Positions 63,286-64,000 of a DNA stretch of 64,000 nt are shown here, piece by piece. The first letter of the stretch is position 1. Each line of letters starts with the position of its first letter. The position numbers were made by a program, and so were the translations under genes. Below the pieces are notes generated by a model. That model searched no databases and was not told where the DNA came from. It saw nothing but the letters and a program-made list of their open reading frames with translations. The stretch spans positions 1,339 through 65,338 of the forward strand of contig DATLOL010000056.1 of the NCBI GenBank assembly GCA_035536275.1, in the 5' to 3' direction. The DNA comes from Thermoanaerobaculia bacterium. Lineage in GTDB: Bacteria > Acidobacteriota > Thermoanaerobaculia > Gp7-AA8.

Positions 63286-63499
63286 CGTGTGGACCGCGTG
63301 ACGCGGTGATTCTATCGCCTTCCTTCGGCGCGAGACTTCGGCGTCCCCTCGCGGGCGATGCGGACCCAGTCGCGACCGGCCGTCGATCATCTGTGTGGCC
63401 ACTGCCACCCCGATCGACCGCGCCGGCGTGCTGGCTCAATCTGCGTCGTTCGCGCGGGGGCGCCGAGACGCGGCGCTCAAGAAGGAGATCACCGCACGA

Positions 63500-64000
63500 A
63501 TGCGCATCATCACCGTGAACTCGCAGCCTTACACCGTTATCAACGGGAAAGACTTCGCCGTCTACCGCTGGTTCGCGCCGGGACAGCACGGACCGCTCTT
63601 CATCCAAGTGGCGGGTCGCACCGCGCTCACGCGCGACGACCTGCCGTCCGACGATTGGTTCGTCATCCCCGGTCGCGATCGCGGCCACCGTCTCGCCACT
63701 GCATGGCGCAAGCCGTGGTTCGACTACCGGCTCGACGCCACCCGGAAGCTCGCGTTCCTCGGGGGTTCGACGGAAGGGTCGTTCTACCTCGCGCTCCGCT
63801 ACCTCGTCCGTCGCTTTGGCCTCGCGGTCAGCGAGACGGAGCTCGCGACGATGAGCGGCACGTTCGCCGGGGGCGGCGACCTGCCGTACCCGCACGTTTG
63901 GAGTATCGCCGATGACCTCGCGCTGTCGTCAGCGAAGCTCGTCACGCTCGATGTGCCGTCGTATTGGGACGCCGATGACGCTCGCAGAGTCTTCGCGGCA
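63500..64000 (+). CDS. Hypothetical protein (5' part; runs off the window)
   Basis: My own translation from ATG 63500 (GAAGGAGA upstream): MRIITVNSQPYTVINGKDFAVYRWFAPGQHGPLFIQVAGRTALTRDDLPSDDWFVIPGRDRGH... stays open to 64000. It is not in the ORF track because there is no stop. Confidence 0.5.
   Translation, partial: MRIITVNSQPYTVINGKDFAVYRWFAPGQHGPLFIQVAGRTALTRDDLPSDDWFVIPGRDRGHRLATAWRKPWFDYRLDATRKLAFLGGSTEGSFYLALRYLVRRFGLAVSETELATMSGTFAGGGDLPYPHVWSIADDLALSSAKLVTLDVPSYWDADDARRVFAA

Larger units (their letters stand above)
53714..64000. mobile_element. Second integrative/mobilizable element downstream of tRNA-Pro (continues past the window end)
   Basis: Its recombinases lie 0.5 kb and 3.3 kb from the tRNA. 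It also has a TraD/HerA-like ATPase, a replication-relaxation-like protein and several HTH proteins. Confidence 0.5.

Overview
This is a high-GC bacterial chromosome segment from a diderm (lpxC, a TonB_C domain, type IV pilus genes). The taxon cannot be fixed from sequence alone. All function calls come from reading motifs in the translated ORFs by eye; no database search was run. The ORF-track 'M' often stands for GTG or TTG, so I re-derived many starts. Many long Arg/Gly/Asp-rich ORFs are antisense shadows of real genes.

Layout:
(1) 1-29.0 kb is core genome. It holds a pseudokinase-TonB_C fusion, mltG, ruvX, pilT, a sigma-54-driven pilin, an M20 peptidase, three tandem YfhO-like GT-C paralogs around a GT2, sirC-like, glyA, folC, accD, a duplicated vapBC pair (one copy frameshifted), smpB, lpxC, and a DUF4390-like/NtrY-like/NtrX-like module. 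It also carries unusual heptamer-built hairpin repeats.
(2) 29.05-53.6 kb is a composite genomic island between tRNA-Gly(GCC) and tRNA-Pro(GGG).
- The high-GC left half has int, xis and a translationally coupled cargo operon (4TM coiled-coil protein, vWA lipoprotein, Rossmann-like protein, 81-aa protein). Divergent from this operon is a STAND NTPase. Further right are FtsH-like peptidase-domain paralogs and Cys-rich small proteins.
- The visibly lower-GC right half has a secreted metzincin fused to a GspG-like domain plus an OMP. It also has a tight six-gene cassette: HhH-GPD glycosylase, m5C MTase, GHKL/MORC-like ATPase, unknown Rossmann-like protein, multi-TM histidine kinase, and a response regulator with a TIR/NDT-like output.
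(3) 53.7-64 kb is a second integrative/mobilizable element downstream of tRNA-Pro. It has two tyrosine recombinases (one frameshifted), 2OG-Fe oxygenase and SAM-MTase cargo, a TraD/HerA-like ATPase and a replication-relaxation-like protein.

Best candidates for an undescribed system are the 46.9-53.4 kb methylation-linked, two-component-controlled cassette and the 30.8-37.7 kb vWA/4TM/STAND locus.
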